Assembly: GCA_013001465.1 (NCBI GenBank)
Contig: JABDMM010000076.1
Location: 97 to 64,096, forward strand
From: Chitinophagales bacterium
GTDB taxonomy: Bacteria > Bacteroidota > Bacteroidia > Chitinophagales > JABDMM01
Direction of reading: 5' to 3'
DNA: 64,000 nt
Position 1 is the stretch's first letter. The number at the start of each line of letters is the position of its first letter. Below, piece by piece: positions 39,360-50,626 of the stretch. Position numbers and translations under genes: made by a program. A model generated the notes under the pieces. That model did not search any database, was not told where the DNA came from, and was given only the letters and a program-made list of their open reading frames with translations.

Positions 39360-40835
39360 ATGGGCAAGAAAATTACAAGCAAATCCGAGGATTATAGTCA
39401 GTGGTACAATGATTTAGTGTTAAAAGCTGGATTAGCAGAACATTCTGCGGTTAGAGGTTGCATGGTCATAAAGCCATATGGATTTGCAATTTGGGAGAAT
39501 ATGAAAGCAGAATTGGACAGGATGTTCAAGGAAACAGGACACTCCAATGCCTATTTTCCGCTTTTTATACCAAAAAGCTTTCTAAGTAAAGAAGCTGCAC
39601 ATGTTGAAGGTTTCGCCAAAGAATGTGCTGTAATTACACATTATAGGTTAAAAAAGGACCCTGATGGGGACGGTGTCATTGTCGATCCTGAAGCGAAACT
39701 TGAGGAAGAATTGATCGTGAGACCCACTTCTGAAACTATAATTTGGAATTCATATAGAAACTGGATTCAATCTTATCGTGACTTACCCTTGCTTATCAAC
39801 CAATGGGCAAATGTGGTAAGATGGGAAATGAGAACCCGCCTCTTTCTAAGAACCGCTGAATTTTTATGGCAGGAAGGTCATACAGCACATGCTACCAAGG
39901 AAGAAGCTATGGAAGAGTCCCTAAAAATGATCCATGTCTATGCAGATTTTGCTGAAAATTTTATGGCTATGCCAGTTGTAATTGGAGAAAAAACCGAATC
40001 TGAAAGATTTGCAGGTGCAGAGATCACATATACTATTGAAGCGCTTATGCAAGATGGGAAAGCATTGCAATCCGGAACCTCCCATTATCTAGGCCACAAT
40101 TTTGCTAAAGCATTCGATGTTAAATTCACAGATGAAAACGGAAAGGAAGAATATGTCTACTCCACTTCCTGGGGTGTATCTACCCGCCTCGTTGGTGGTT
40201 TGATCATGACACATTCTGATGATAACGGTTTGGTTTTGCCTCCTCGACTAGCACCGATCCACGTAGTGATCGTCCCTATTTTTAAGAATGATGAACAGAA
40301 ATCTGCCATTGACGAATATGCTGATGGAATTGTTAAAGAATTAAAAGATAATGGAATAAAAGTTAAATACGATGACGATGATAATAAAAGACCAGGATTC
40401 AAATTTGCAGAATATGAAATGATGGGTGTTCCGATCAGGCTCGCAATTGGTCCACGTGATCTCGAAAATTCAAATGTAGAAGTTGCCAGAAGAGATACTT
40501 ATGAGAAAAAAATTGAAAGCCGCGAAAATCTGGCTCAAAAATTGAATCTGCTGTTAGAAGAAATACAGGACAACTTGTTCAATAAAGCAAAAAAATACAG
40601 GGAGGATCATACTACATCGGTCTCATCTATCGATGAGTTTAAAGAGGTCTTGGAGAAAAAGGGCGGATTTATTGAGGCTTTCTGGGATGGAAGCAATGAG
40701 TCAGAGGAAGCTATAAAAACTCAAACAAAGGCTGATATTCGCTGCATTCCATTAAAGTCAGATAACGCAGAAGGTAAATGTTTGATCAGTGGAAAAAGTA
40801 CTAACCTAAAAGTATTATTCGCAAAAGCATATTAA
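39360..40835 (+). CDS. proS: Proline--tRNA ligase (archaeal/eukaryote-like type)
   Basis: [35 protein letters not shown] and SWGVSTR motifs; C-terminal FAKAY. TAAATTTG promoter element at 39306-39313. Confidence 0.97.
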   Translation: MGKKITSKSEDYSQWYNDLVLKAGLAEHSAVRGCMVIKPYGFAIWENMKAELDRMFKETGHSNAYFPLFIPKSFLSKEAAHVEGFAKECAVITHYRLKKDPDGDGVIVDPEAKLEEELIVRPTSETIIWNSYRNWIQSYRDLPLLINQWANVVRWEMRTRLFLRTAEFLWQEGHTAHATKEEAMEESLKMIHVYADFAENFMAMPVVIGEKTESERFAGAEITYTIEALMQDGKALQSGTSHYLGHNFAKAFDVKFTDENGKEEYVYSTSWGVSTRLVGGLIMTHSDDNGLVLPPRLAPIHVVIVPIFKNDEQKSAIDEYADGIVKELKDNGIKVKYDDDDNKRPGFKFAEYEMMGVPIRLAIGPRDLENSNVEVARRDTYEKKIESRENLAQKLNLLLEEIQDNLFNKAKKYREDHTTSVSSIDEFKEVLEKKGGFIEAFWDGSNESEEAIKTQTKADIRCIPLKSDNAEGKCLISGKSTNLKVLFAKAY

Positions 40836-40836
40836 G

Positions 40837-41532
40837 ATGGACATTGAAAAAAACAAAGAAGGGCAAAACATGATTGTGGAAGCTTTAAAGGATAAAGCTT
40901 GCACTAAACAAAAGATCTACAAGATCACTCATGACTCATTTGATTCCTTTAAAAGGATCCTACAGGAATACATGAATAACCTTCAGGATGTTTTCTCCAA
41001 CCTTGATCCCGATGTACATTTTGAATATCGCGATAATGGAGAATTTGAAAGCAGCATTAAGTTCTCAGGAGATACACTTGTTTTTAATATGCATTCCAAT
41101 ATCTTCAACTTTGATGATTCACATGCTGTTCATCAAATGCCATATGTTCAAGAAGATCCACTAAACGTTTATTGCGGAATGATCGAGATCTACAATTTTC
41201 TTTCTGATTCCTTTCGCTATCAACGCTTGAATGATACAGGTTATCTGATTGCCAGAGTTTTCATTAACAGAGAAAAGCATTTTTTTATAGAAGGAGAAAG
41301 ACAGCTTGGATTTCTGTACAATGATTTCGAAAATATGGAGATCAATGATGTCTATATTAAAGCCATTATTGAAGCATCAATTTTATATGCTATCGAATTT
41401 GATCTATGGGTTCCTTCCTATCAGGATGTAAGAGAAATAACGGTAAGTCAAAAACTTATGAGCTCCGGAGTGCAGGCTTTGAAGACTGCTAAAAGGATGG
41501 GATTTAAATTTCAAGCAGAGCACGAATCATGA
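40837..41532 (+). CDS. Conserved hypothetical protein
   Basis: 231-aa ORF 1 bp after proS; motifs F.MHSNIF, IYNFLSDSF.Y.R..D.GYLIAR.F.N...HFF.EG. Confidence 0.75.
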   Translation: MDIEKNKEGQNMIVEALKDKACTKQKIYKITHDSFDSFKRILQEYMNNLQDVFSNLDPDVHFEYRDNGEFESSIKFSGDTLVFNMHSNIFNFDDSHAVHQMPYVQEDPLNVYCGMIEIYNFLSDSFRYQRLNDTGYLIARVFINREKHFFIEGERQLGFLYNDFENMEINDVYIKAIIEASILYAIEFDLWVPSYQDVREITVSQKLMSSGVQALKTAKRMGFKFQAEHES

Positions 41533-41751
41533 TCAGCGTGTGATCTTAATGTTGAAGTTGTTAAAGTATTGCTTTCATCAAATTCATTTTGAGAAAGTTT
41601 CCCTACCAATAAAGAGACGTAAGTTTCTATCACAAAAGTTTCTAATCTGTGACCCGAGGTACGGTTTCCCATGGGATCAAGATCTCATCCCGCTTGCACC
41701 CGATCATAGTGAGTATGAGTAGGGTAAAGAAAATTGTTAAACTAAGTCTGT

Positions 41752-42252
41752 TCATTTCCTGACATATACGCGAAAAGAGTAATCATGATCGTGCTTCTCA
41801 TCTGCATGATGCTTTTCATCTTTAACAAGGCTCCACTGTTCAAGGTTTAACTCAGGAAAATAGGTATCTCCTTCAACTTCGGCATGGACTCTGGTAATGT
41901 ACAATCTGTTCGCTTGGTTTATTGTTAGATCATAAATACTTCCACCGCCGATAATAAAGAGCTCTCCTACACCATTTTCGCGAGCGAATTCTATTCCTTT
42001 TTCCACTTCATCGAAAACCTGAACTTCTTCATTATCATACTGCTTAGTGCGAGAAATTACAATATTCGTTCGCCCCGGTAAAGGCCTGTATTTTGCGGGA
42101 AAAGATTCATATGTTTTACGTCCCATCAGGACATGATATCCCATAGTCGTATCCATGAAATATTTCATATCCTTAGGTAGTTTCCAGGGGAGGTCATTCT
42201 CTGATCCTATGACGTTATTCTCTGAGACTGCTGCAATTAAAGAAATGTTCAT
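41752..42252 (-). CDS. folA: Dihydrofolate reductase
   Basis: IAAVSENNVIG...LPW.LP.D, MGRKTYES, LPGRTN, IGGG and GDTYFP motifs. Likely start 42252. Confidence 0.96.
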   Translation of the reverse strand: MNISLIAAVSENNVIGSENDLPWKLPKDMKYFMDTTMGYHVLMGRKTYESFPAKYRPLPGRTNIVISRTKQYDNEEVQVFDEVEKGIEFARENGVGELFIIGGGSIYDLTINQANRLYITRVHAEVEGDTYFPELNLEQWSLVKDEKHHADEKHDHDYSFRVYVRK

Positions 42253-42391
42253 TAAGAAGAAGATTTGAGTTTGGTTCATGTAAAATACAAACTATATAAA
42301 AAACATACCAGTTTTTAAGTTCCAGATTAGATAAATAAGAATACTAGCGAAATCAATATGCTAAATGACTCAACTCCCGGGCGAATAGCTG

Positions 42392-43186
42392 TTATACTGC
42401 AACAGGCGCTTTAATATGAGCTTGTGGGTTGTAGTTTAGAATTTCAAAATCCTCATATCGGAAGTTGAAGATCGAATCCACCTCACGATTAATTTTCAGT
42501 TCCGGTAGTGTCCCCGGTTGTCTTTCAATTTGTGTTCGTGCCTGTTCGTAGTGATTAGAATAGAGGTGAACGTCTCCAAAAGAATGGATAAATTCCCCAA
42601 CTTTCAGATCACAGACATGAGCGACCATGTGTGTAAGCAGTGCATAAGAAGCGATATTGAATGGAACTCCGAGAAAGGTATCAGCACTTCTTTGATACAA
42701 CTGACAAGAAAGACGGCCTTCCGTAACATAAAACTGGAACAAACAATGACAAGGAGGAAGTGCCATTTCTTTTATATCGGCGGGATTCCAGGCAGTAATT
42801 ATAATCCTTCTTGAATCGGGATTATTCTTTATCAGATCTACAGCATTCGTTATTTGATCTATAGTTTCACCGTTCTTGCCTGGCCATGATCTCCACTGAT
42901 ATCCATAAACCGGACCCAAGTCTCCATTTTCATCAGCCCATTCATTCCAAATATTGACTTTGTTCTCGTTCAGGTATTTAATATTCGTATCTCCATCCAA
43001 AAACCATAAAAGCTCGTGAATGATTGACCTGAGGTGCAGCTTTTTTGTAGTTAGTAATGGAAACCCTTCGGATAGATCGAAACGCATTTGATAACCAAAC
43101 AGACTTTTTGTACCGGTGCCTGTTCGATCGCTTTTCTCTGTTCCATCGTTCAAGAGATTTTCTAATAACTCCAGATATTGTTTCAT
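42392..43186 (-). CDS. thyA: Thymidylate synthase
   Basis: DRTGTGT, ELLWFL, MALPPCH and [17 protein letters not shown] motifs. Confidence 0.98.
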   Translation of the reverse strand: MKQYLELLENLLNDGTEKSDRTGTGTKSLFGYQMRFDLSEGFPLLTTKKLHLRSIIHELLWFLDGDTNIKYLNENKVNIWNEWADENGDLGPVYGYQWRSWPGKNGETIDQITNAVDLIKNNPDSRRIIITAWNPADIKEMALPPCHCLFQFYVTEGRLSCQLYQRSADTFLGVPFNIASYALLTHMVAHVCDLKVGEFIHSFGDVHLYSNHYEQARTQIERQPGTLPELKINREVDSIFNFRYEDFEILNYNPQAHIKAPVAV

Positions 43187-43303
43187 GTTCCAAAATTAGC
43201 GATTTATGGTGGGCATTATGCTCAAAGCAAATTGAAAGAAATACACTTTATTTTAACAACTTTATCCATCTTACCGTGTTTAGAGTTTTTTAACTGATGT
43301 AAA

Positions 43304-45550
43304 GTGATATATAGATTCAGAAATTACATACTACTCTTCTTTATCCTACTATCGATAGGATGCATTTTCGCTTCTACTCAGGTTTATTTCAAATATGACT
43401 TTGAACAATTTTTTCCAAAGGGTGATAAATCACTAGATGAATATTATCTCTTTATGGAAAAGTTTGAAGGTGATGATGACTTCCTTCTCGTCGGCCTAAA
43501 ACGGGAAAAAGGCATTTTCGATTCGCTCTTTCTTAATCGGGTTGATATTCTAACTGATCAATGTGCTCAACTACCTTATATCAAAAGGTCGTATTCTATT
43601 ACCAAGCATAAAAATATAATCAAAACACCTTTTGCCTTTCTCCCGTTGGATGCTGTGCATCTCGATGATCCGTCCCGACTCAAAAGAGATAGTGTAAAGA
43701 TCGTTAACGATCCCAGATTAGCAGGGAACATTGTCTCTAAAGATGCTAAAACACTTGTAATAGCGCTTAAAACCTTGGATTCACTGAAACAATTTGAAGT
43801 CCAGATTCTCATGGATTCTGCCAATTCCCTACTGGCAAAATCACCATTCGACGAATATCACTTCTTAGGCAAACCGAACTTTCAAACTGAATTAGTTCGA
43901 TTACAAATCAAAGAATTCATTATAAGCACTGCAATAGCCGCGATATTGGTGACTATAGTTTTCAGTTTGATCTTTCGAAGGTTCATAGGAGTTATAATAG
44001 CTCTGGTTTCTGTATTACTTTGTATGATAGTATTCATGGGGTTTATTGGAGGTTTCAGGATTCCACTTGATATCATGAGTGCCCTTTATCCTATCCTGAT
44101 GATCATTGTTGGAGTTTCCGATGTGGTTCATTTTTCAACCAAGTATGTTGAAGAGTTGGCAAAAGGAAAGAGCAGAAAAGATTCAATTAAGATCACGATC
44201 CGAGAGATCGGGATTGCAACATTTCTTACCTCATTCACTACTGCAATTGGATTTGCGACACTTCTCACATCGATGATAACTCCAATCAAGCGTTTTGGGA
44301 TCGTAGCGGCGATCGGAGTTATTCTAGCTTATCTGGTTGTTATGGTTTTCACCACTTCCATTCTATGTCGGTTTAAGCTAGAACAGATCAATGCTCCAGT
44401 TCAACGCAAAGATATCTGGAAAGCTATCCTTGAATGGTTCTATCGATTAGGAATCGACTATAGAAACCGGTGCATTGCAGGGGTGCTGCTTGTGATCATT
44501 ATATGCGCATGGGGCATCAGTAAGATCACCACTGATGTACATATCTACGACTCGCTTCCCAGAAATGAAAAGTTGACGACAGATTTTGCCTTTTTTGAAA
44601 AAGAACTGGCTGGTTTTAGACCTTTTGAGATCGCTGCCAAGGCTCAAGGTGATTACTCAATCACAGATTATGAAGTCATCCGTGAGATCGACAAGGTAGA
44701 ATCCTATTTAAACAAATTTGAAGATAAGATCAATGGAATTCAATCGGTGACTACTGTCTACAAAAGCCTTAACCGTGCTTATAACGGTGACCAACGAGAA
44801 TATTATGTACTTCCCGAAAAGAGATCTCAGTTCGATCGTTTTCAGAGGCAGATCGATAAACTGAAAATCGAAGAATTCGATGTTCTCGTAAGTAAAGACA
44901 AAAAATATGGCAGGCTGTCTGCTTCTATACTGGATATTGGTTCAGACACAATAAAAGTGTTGATGAATAAGATCGATAAGTATATAGCGGAGAATACAGA
45001 TACCTCTATAGTTCAGTTTTTCCAAACAGGCACTGGTGTTATTGTAGATAAAAATCAGGAGTATGTAAGGAACAGTCTGATAAGCGGCATGTCAATTGCC
45101 TTTCTGGCGGTTAGTTTTATAATGGCATTACTTTTTCGGAATCTGAAAATGGTAGTGATCTCATTAATACCAAATCTTATACCACTATTCATATGCGGAG
45201 CTATTCTGGGTTTCAGCGGTATCGAACTCAATGCTCCTACTTCAATAATTTTTGCAATCTCGTTTGGGATCGCAGTAGATGATACGATTCATTTTTTGAG
45301 TAAATTCAAACTAGAAAGGGACAAAGGCATAGCAATAGAAGATGCACTCTATCTAACGTTTATGGAAACGGGAAAAGCAATAATGATAACGACGGTCATT
45401 CTTTTCTTCGGATTCCTTGTTTTATTATTCTCAAAGAACCCAGCGACATTTAATGTTGGACTTCTGATCTCTCTTACCTTATTTTCTGCCCTGATAGCAG
45501 ATCTGATCGTGATTCCTATCATGATCCGCTTATGGATCAAAGAAAAGTGA
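43304..45550 (+). CDS. MMPL/RND family transporter
   Basis: Two repeats of TM bundle plus soluble loop; GVSDVVH, TSFTTAIGF and GIAVDDTIH motifs. Confidence 0.88.
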   Translation: MIYRFRNYILLFFILLSIGCIFASTQVYFKYDFEQFFPKGDKSLDEYYLFMEKFEGDDDFLLVGLKREKGIFDSLFLNRVDILTDQCAQLPYIKRSYSITKHKNIIKTPFAFLPLDAVHLDDPSRLKRDSVKIVNDPRLAGNIVSKDAKTLVIALKTLDSLKQFEVQILMDSANSLLAKSPFDEYHFLGKPNFQTELVRLQIKEFIISTAIAAILVTIVFSLIFRRFIGVIIALVSVLLCMIVFMGFIGGFRIPLDIMSALYPILMIIVGVSDVVHFSTKYVEELAKGKSRKDSIKITIREIGIATFLTSFTTAIGFATLLTSMITPIKRFGIVAAIGVILAYLVVMVFTTSILCRFKLEQINAPVQRKDIWKAILEWFYRLGIDYRNRCIAGVLLVIIICAWGISKITTDVHIYDSLPRNEKLTTDFAFFEKELAGFRPFEIAAKAQGDYSITDYEVIREIDKVESYLNKFEDKINGIQSVTTVYKSLNRAYNGDQREYYVLPEKRSQFDRFQRQIDKLKIEEFDVLVSKDKKYGRLSASILDIGSDTIKVLMNKIDKYIAENTDTSIVQFFQTGTGVIVDKNQEYVRNSLISGMSIAFLAVSFIMALLFRNLKMVVISLIPNLIPLFICGAILGFSGIELNAPTSIIFAISFGIAVDDTIHFLSKFKLERDKGIAIEDALYLTFMETGKAIMITTVILFFGFLVLLFSKNPATFNVGLLISLTLFSALIADLIVIPIMIRLWIKEK

Positions 45551-46729
45551 TCAAATCGTTCTACGTCTCTCTAACTCGGTCTGAATCAAAGACAACTCTC
45601 TTCCGATCTGACCTTCGACAGAACTATTCTCAGACGCCCGCCTGATCAAGTATGGAATGACATTTTTAACAGGACCGTAAGGCAGGTATTTATTCGCGTT
45701 ATATCCCTGAGCAGCCAGATTATAGGTGATATGATCTCCCATTCCGTATAGTTGTGCCAACTGGATATGAGGATGGTTCTTTGGTATGTTATATTGTTCT
45801 ACCAACAGTGTAAGTTCATAACAACTTTCTTCATTATGGGTGGCAACACAAATTTCAACCCGATCTATATGTTGGATGCAGATCTCGATAGCTTTGTTAA
45901 AATCCTTGTCGGTATTCGCTTTACTTTCCTGAATTGGCGATGGATACCCCAGTCTTTCAGCCCTGTTGCGCTCCTTTTCCATATAGGCACCGCGCACAAG
46001 CTTTAGCCCTAAATGGAATTTATCCTTTTCTGCCTGATCAATAATATTCTCTAAATATTCGATCTGATCCCATCTGTACATTTGCAAAGTGTCAAAGATG
46101 ACTGCCTTCTCTTTGTTGTACTTTTTCATTGCGGATAGCACCCATTCATCGAGCACCTTCTGGATCCAGTATTCTTCAGCATCGATATATAAAATCGTAT
46201 CACACTTTACCGCTTCTTCGCACAATGTTGTAAACCTTTCTTGCGCCCGTGTAACTTCCCGGTTTTCTTTAACGCTTAATTTTTTTCCAGCCTGAATCTT
46301 TTCAAGTAGTTCAGATCGTGCTATGCCGGTGATCTTTATACAAACGCCCCGTGCAAAGCTTTCAGATCTGCAAAATCTCAATGCATTCAGGTTTTCATTT
46401 AAAGAACGGTCGAAATCCTTTTCAGAATCCTCCCCTTCCACACCGTAATTTATGAGAGAACCTATCTTTTTATTTCCGAGTTGTTCGATCACACCTCTTG
46501 AATCCTCCAAAGTTTCTCCGCCCACGAAATGTTCAAACACAGTATGTTTAAAAATTGGAGCCAGAGGTAAGCCGATCTTCAATCCAAACTCTGTAAGAGC
46601 ACTGCCTATCGTTACTAACTTCTTATTCTTAACAAGGTTAAAAAAGAAATGCTCTCTCTTTAACTCATGCATACTTTTATCTGCAAAAGCGACTTTAGTA
46701 TCCTCGAATAATGTTACTGACTCTGACAT
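45551..46729 (-). CDS. Monofunctional proline dehydrogenase
   Basis: HFVGGE, IDAEE, KLVRGAYMEKE, ATHNE, QLYGM and YLPYGP...YLIRRA.EN motifs. Likely ATG start at 46729. Confidence 0.92.
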   Translation of the reverse strand: MSESVTLFEDTKVAFADKSMHELKREHFFFNLVKNKKLVTIGSALTEFGLKIGLPLAPIFKHTVFEHFVGGETLEDSRGVIEQLGNKKIGSLINYGVEGEDSEKDFDRSLNENLNALRFCRSESFARGVCIKITGIARSELLEKIQAGKKLSVKENREVTRAQERFTTLCEEAVKCDTILYIDAEEYWIQKVLDEWVLSAMKKYNKEKAVIFDTLQMYRWDQIEYLENIIDQAEKDKFHLGLKLVRGAYMEKERNRAERLGYPSPIQESKANTDKDFNKAIEICIQHIDRVEICVATHNEESCYELTLLVEQYNIPKNHPHIQLAQLYGMGDHITYNLAAQGYNANKYLPYGPVKNVIPYLIRRASENSSVEGQIGRELSLIQTELERRRTI

Positions 46730-46846
46730 ACAGGAAAACTGAATTTCAATTGCGAATCTAAGTAATTTCAATACATAAACACCATGTAGTTTTTAGTGTT
46801 TATAACCTCCCTGTCTTAAAACTGCCAATCTCTTTATTTTCGAACG

Positions 46847-48178
46847 ATGACAACTCTAATCTTTATTCTTTCTCTTGTCGCTACTTTTGGTGTTGGTCTC
46901 TTAATAAGTTGGCTTTTCGCAAAGAACAAGTATGTCAAAAGCCGAAGGAGTTTCATTTCTAATATTGCCAGTTTGAGTAATGAGAAGGAGAAACTGGAAA
47001 TGATGGTAGGTCAGGCCAACAGAGAGCTTAAAGAAGAAAGGGATAAAGTTATTGAGCTGAATCAAAATGTCGCTTCTCTTGAAACCAGCAAAGATCACCT
47101 TATCGTTCAGCTTCAAACCCAGAAAAGCGATATTGAGAAACTGGAAAACAAGCTTGCAAAGGAATTCGAAAATCTTGCAAATCGAATTCTCGATGAGAAA
47201 AGTGAAAAGATGAGCAGGGTTCATGGAGAAACTCTAAAATCCATACTTACTCCACTAAAGGAAAGGATTCATGCTTTTGAGGAGAAAGTTGAAAGATCTC
47301 ATAAAGACAATCTCGAGCGACACGCAGGAATGAAGCAAATGGTTTACGATCTGCGTGAATTAGGTATCAAAATGAGCGAAGATGCTCAGAATCTTACCAA
47401 TGCTTTGAAAGGAAGTAGTAAGACTCAAGGTGCCTGGGGTGAAATGATACTCGAGAGGATTCTGGAAAGATCAGGCTTGGTTAAAGGGAGGGAATATTCT
47501 GTGCAGGAAAGCATCAGTATAGATGGAAAACGATTACGACCAGATGTGATCATTAACCTCCCGGATGAAAAGAAGATCGTTGTCGATTCTAAAGTCACCT
47601 TGAAGGCTTTTGAGAGATTTGCATCGGAGGAAGACCCTCTTGCGAAGCAACAACATTTAAAGAATCATGTTCAGTCTTTTAAGAATCACCTGAAAAATTT
47701 AGCCGGAAAAGAATATGACAAGCTATATGGTATTAATAGCCCTGATTTTGTGCTGATGTTTGTAGCGCTCGAACCGGCTTTTAATACTGCGATCCGTAAT
47801 TTCCCTGACATCTATGATTACGCTTTTGAAAGGAATATTATAATTGTTGGACCCTCTACTTTACTCGCTACTTTGATGACTATTTCCAGCATCTGGAAAC
47901 AAGAATATCAAAATGAAAATGTTCTTGAAATTGCACGAGAATCTGGTCTGCTTTATGACAAATTTGTTGGCTTCATTCAAGATCTGTCTGAAGTAGGTAA
48001 AAAGCTGGACGGATCCAGAAGATCTTTTGAGCGGGCGATGAATAAGCTTTCTTTAGGAACCGGGAACTTAGTCCGAAGAGCAGAAAAAATCAGGGAATTG
48101 GGTGCTAAAGCTAAAAAAGAGATTCCTACAAATCTTGTAAAGAAATCTAAGGAAGGTGAGCAATTAGAGATCAACTAA
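46847..48178 (+). CDS. rmuC: DNA recombination protein RmuC
   Basis: N-terminal TM and coiled coil; QGAWGEMILE, RPDVII.LP, VDSK and PDFVLMF motifs. Confidence 0.93.
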   Translation: MTTLIFILSLVATFGVGLLISWLFAKNKYVKSRRSFISNIASLSNEKEKLEMMVGQANRELKEERDKVIELNQNVASLETSKDHLIVQLQTQKSDIEKLENKLAKEFENLANRILDEKSEKMSRVHGETLKSILTPLKERIHAFEEKVERSHKDNLERHAGMKQMVYDLRELGIKMSEDAQNLTNALKGSSKTQGAWGEMILERILERSGLVKGREYSVQESISIDGKRLRPDVIINLPDEKKIVVDSKVTLKAFERFASEEDPLAKQQHLKNHVQSFKNHLKNLAGKEYDKLYGINSPDFVLMFVALEPAFNTAIRNFPDIYDYAFERNIIIVGPSTLLATLMTISSIWKQEYQNENVLEIARESGLLYDKFVGFIQDLSEVGKKLDGSRRSFERAMNKLSLGTGNLVRRAEKIRELGAKAKKEIPTNLVKKSKEGEQLEIN

Positions 48179-48896
48179 GATTCTGCCAGATCTCCCATGA
48201 CAGATCTGCTTGTGTGTGTAGCATTTCAAGTCCATCCTTCACAGTAGCTCCTCTTATTTCACATTCTTCCATCAACTTCGTTGGAGTTGGATTGTAGTTA
48301 AGATCATAGACGATATGATCCTTATTGATATCCTCAAGATTCAAGTTTGGGATTTCTTTGACCAATGGATTCATTCCAAGTGGTGTTGTGTTTACAACAA
48401 GCTGGTACCTGTTAAGTACAATTTCACTGTAGGCAACTTCTTTGTTTACCGGAGTTCTTGATGCTACATCATACCGTTTATCCATTTTTTCCAAAGCATA
48501 AGCAATTGCTTTAGCTGCTCCCCCACTTCCCAATATCAATGCATTTGAGATTCTTTCAGTAAAAGGCAAAAGGGTTCTAGCAAAAGCTTCTGCATCGGTA
48601 TTATTTCCATATAGTTTTTTGTTGTAGATGGAGATACAGTTTACTGCACCGATCCTTTCTGCAGCTTCATCCAAAAAATCAACATGCTCAATAACCGTTG
48701 TTTTGAATGGGATAGTCACATTCAAGCCACTTATCCCGGGGTTATCTGCGATCAGTTTTTTTATTTGAAGCACTTCTTTCAGCGGAAAAAGCACGTAAAT
48801 CGCATCGTCAATATTTTCCTCTTCAAATTTTGCGCGAAAGTATTCTGGCGAAAAAGAGTGAGCAATGTTTTTCCCGATCAGTCCATAGACTTTCAT
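48171..48896 (-). CDS. aroE: Shikimate dehydrogenase
   Basis: HSFSP, GLNVTIPFK, IGAVN, NTD, GSGGAA, NTTPLGM and GLEML..QA motifs. Confidence 0.93.
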   Translation of the reverse strand: MKVYGLIGKNIAHSFSPEYFRAKFEEENIDDAIYVLFPLKEVLQIKKLIADNPGISGLNVTIPFKTTVIEHVDFLDEAAERIGAVNCISIYNKKLYGNNTDAEAFARTLLPFTERISNALILGSGGAAKAIAYALEKMDKRYDVASRTPVNKEVAYSEIVLNRYQLVVNTTPLGMNPLVKEIPNLNLEDINKDHIVYDLNYNPTPTKLMEECEIRGATVKDGLEMLHTQADLSWEIWQNLS

Positions 48897-49834
48897 ACCG
48901 CCGGGTCTGGTTTGGAAGCTCCTAATCTATCTATCATAAGAACGATCAATACTCCACCGATGATCAGAAGAAAAGCAAAAAGGAGACTACTATCCAGGTG
49001 AGGTAAATAATGCTGATAACTTTCAATAATAAGTTCTCCACCATCTTTAGTAATGAATGAACCGGATTCATCCTTCAAGTAAACTGTTTCCTTCCATGGC
49101 CAGATAATATATAATGATCCCAGAACAAAGCCGGTAAGCAGTGCGACAGTGCCATCATGAAATTTCTTAAACAAAAATGCAAGAAGATGCGAGAATGCAA
49201 CCAATCCAACCACACAACCTATCAGTAGTGGTATTAGTATTCCAATATCAAAATTGCTTACTGCGCGAAGTACTAAAAGGTAGTTTCCCATGATCAATAA
49301 AATATAGGATCCGGATAACCCTGGAAGGATCATACTGCAAACGGCAACGATCCCACAAACAAAAACATAGAAGGTTGAACTGTTTTCTGTAGCAGGATTT
49401 AGAAATCCAAGGCAGACTGCTATAAAAGTACCGATCGCGAGCATGCTCACACTTATAACTCCCCATTGCTTGATCATCTTTCCGACTAAAAGGACTGAAG
49501 CTAAAATAAGGCCAAAGAAGAATGCCATTGTGAGTATTTCATACTCGACAAATAAATATTCAAGAAGTTTTGCTAATGAAACGATGGCGACACCAACACC
49601 AGCGAATATCGCGATTAAGAAGTAAAGATTGACGTGCTCCCTGAAGTCTTTAAAATTACCACTAAATAGCATTTTAACTGCAGCGAAGTCAAACGATTTG
49701 ATGGAGTTGATCAGCTTTTCATAAATACCCGTAATAAATGCGATCGTACCACCGGAAACACCAGGGATCACATTTGCAGCACCCATTGCGACACCCTTAA
49801 AAAACAGTGAGAAATAGGCCGAGGGTTTATTCAT
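48893..49834 (-). CDS. DUF368 membrane protein (putative undecaprenyl-phosphate translocase family)
   Basis: MGAANVIPGVSGGTIA and MILPGLSGS repeats. Confidence 0.9.
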   Translation of the reverse strand: MNKPSAYFSLFFKGVAMGAANVIPGVSGGTIAFITGIYEKLINSIKSFDFAAVKMLFSGNFKDFREHVNLYFLIAIFAGVGVAIVSLAKLLEYLFVEYEILTMAFFFGLILASVLLVGKMIKQWGVISVSMLAIGTFIAVCLGFLNPATENSSTFYVFVCGIVAVCSMILPGLSGSYILLIMGNYLLVLRAVSNFDIGILIPLLIGCVVGLVAFSHLLAFLFKKFHDGTVALLTGFVLGSLYIIWPWKETVYLKDESGSFITKDGGELIIESYQHYLPHLDSSLLFAFLLIIGGVLIVLMIDRLGASKPDPAV

Positions 49835-50623
49835 CTACTTCAGCTGAAATTCTTTCAGGACATTTTCATCGAGAAAATGATGGAAAGTATCACCACGGAG
49901 TCCAAGTCGGAGCGTTTCTAACGGTATAACATCCGAAGGTGCAATATTACCAAGGTTCACATTTGGTCCCAGTTTCTTGATAAAATAGACCTGTTGTGAC
50001 TTGATCGGAGCTTCCCAAATAATATTCTCCTGCGGAATTTCATGAAGTATTTCATCAACAAGACCTAGCCTTGGGCTTCCACCTTCCATATAGATACCGG
50101 TAGTTCCCGATTCCCTTGCTTCAGCGATCACTTTCCAGGATCCGGCTTCAAGTTCATCCTTCATGAGCTTAACCCATTTGTACGGGGGAATAATATGTTC
50201 ATTATCTTTTGAGCCAACTTCAGAAATCACCTTAGTAACCTTTGAAATTTCAGCAATGTAGTCCAATTTAACTTTATGCTCCATTTCTAAAGAACCGTCC
50301 GACACTTCTACTAAAGGCATTTCATACTTCTGAATGAGTTCCATATAATCGTAGAACTGATCTCTTGCAATAAACGCTTCGAAAAGTGTTCCTCCGAAAT
50401 AAGTAGCTAAACCGGCAGATTTATATTTTTCGAGTTTTTCCCTAAGGTTGGGTAGAACATAAGCTGTACCAAACCCAAGTTTCACCATATCTACATAAGG
50501 CAAATTCACGGTTAGAAAATCATCTATTTCCCGAAGACTAAGGTTTTTATCCATTACCATAGTAAGCCCTACTTCTCTTGGCTTTACTGTCCTTTTGGGT
50601 AAATTGTTAAGCTTAAAATTCAT
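49835..50623 (-). CDS. comA: Phosphosulfolactate synthase (ComA family)
   Basis: KPR..GLTMVMDK, KLGFGT, GGTLFE, EVGSK, EARESG, WEAP and NLGNI...LETLRLGLRGDT motifs. Confidence 0.88.
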   Translation of the reverse strand: MNFKLNNLPKRTVKPREVGLTMVMDKNLSLREIDDFLTVNLPYVDMVKLGFGTAYVLPNLREKLEKYKSAGLATYFGGTLFEAFIARDQFYDYMELIQKYEMPLVEVSDGSLEMEHKVKLDYIAEISKVTKVISEVGSKDNEHIIPPYKWVKLMKDELEAGSWKVIAEARESGTTGIYMEGGSPRLGLVDEILHEIPQENIIWEAPIKSQQVYFIKKLGPNVNLGNIAPSDVIPLETLRLGLRGDTFHHFLDENVLKEFQLK

Positions 50624-50626
50624 GAT

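Noticed and set aside
41595-41670. GTTTC/GAAAC motifs as a mini-CRISPR, hammerhead ribozyme or group II intron end
   Set aside because: Spacing is irregular and shared identity is only 5-8 nt. There is no CUGANGA core and no complete domain V.
41540-41722. 60-aa ORF after the proS operon
   Set aside because: GTG start, no recognisable motif, and it overlaps the structured interval; likely spurious.
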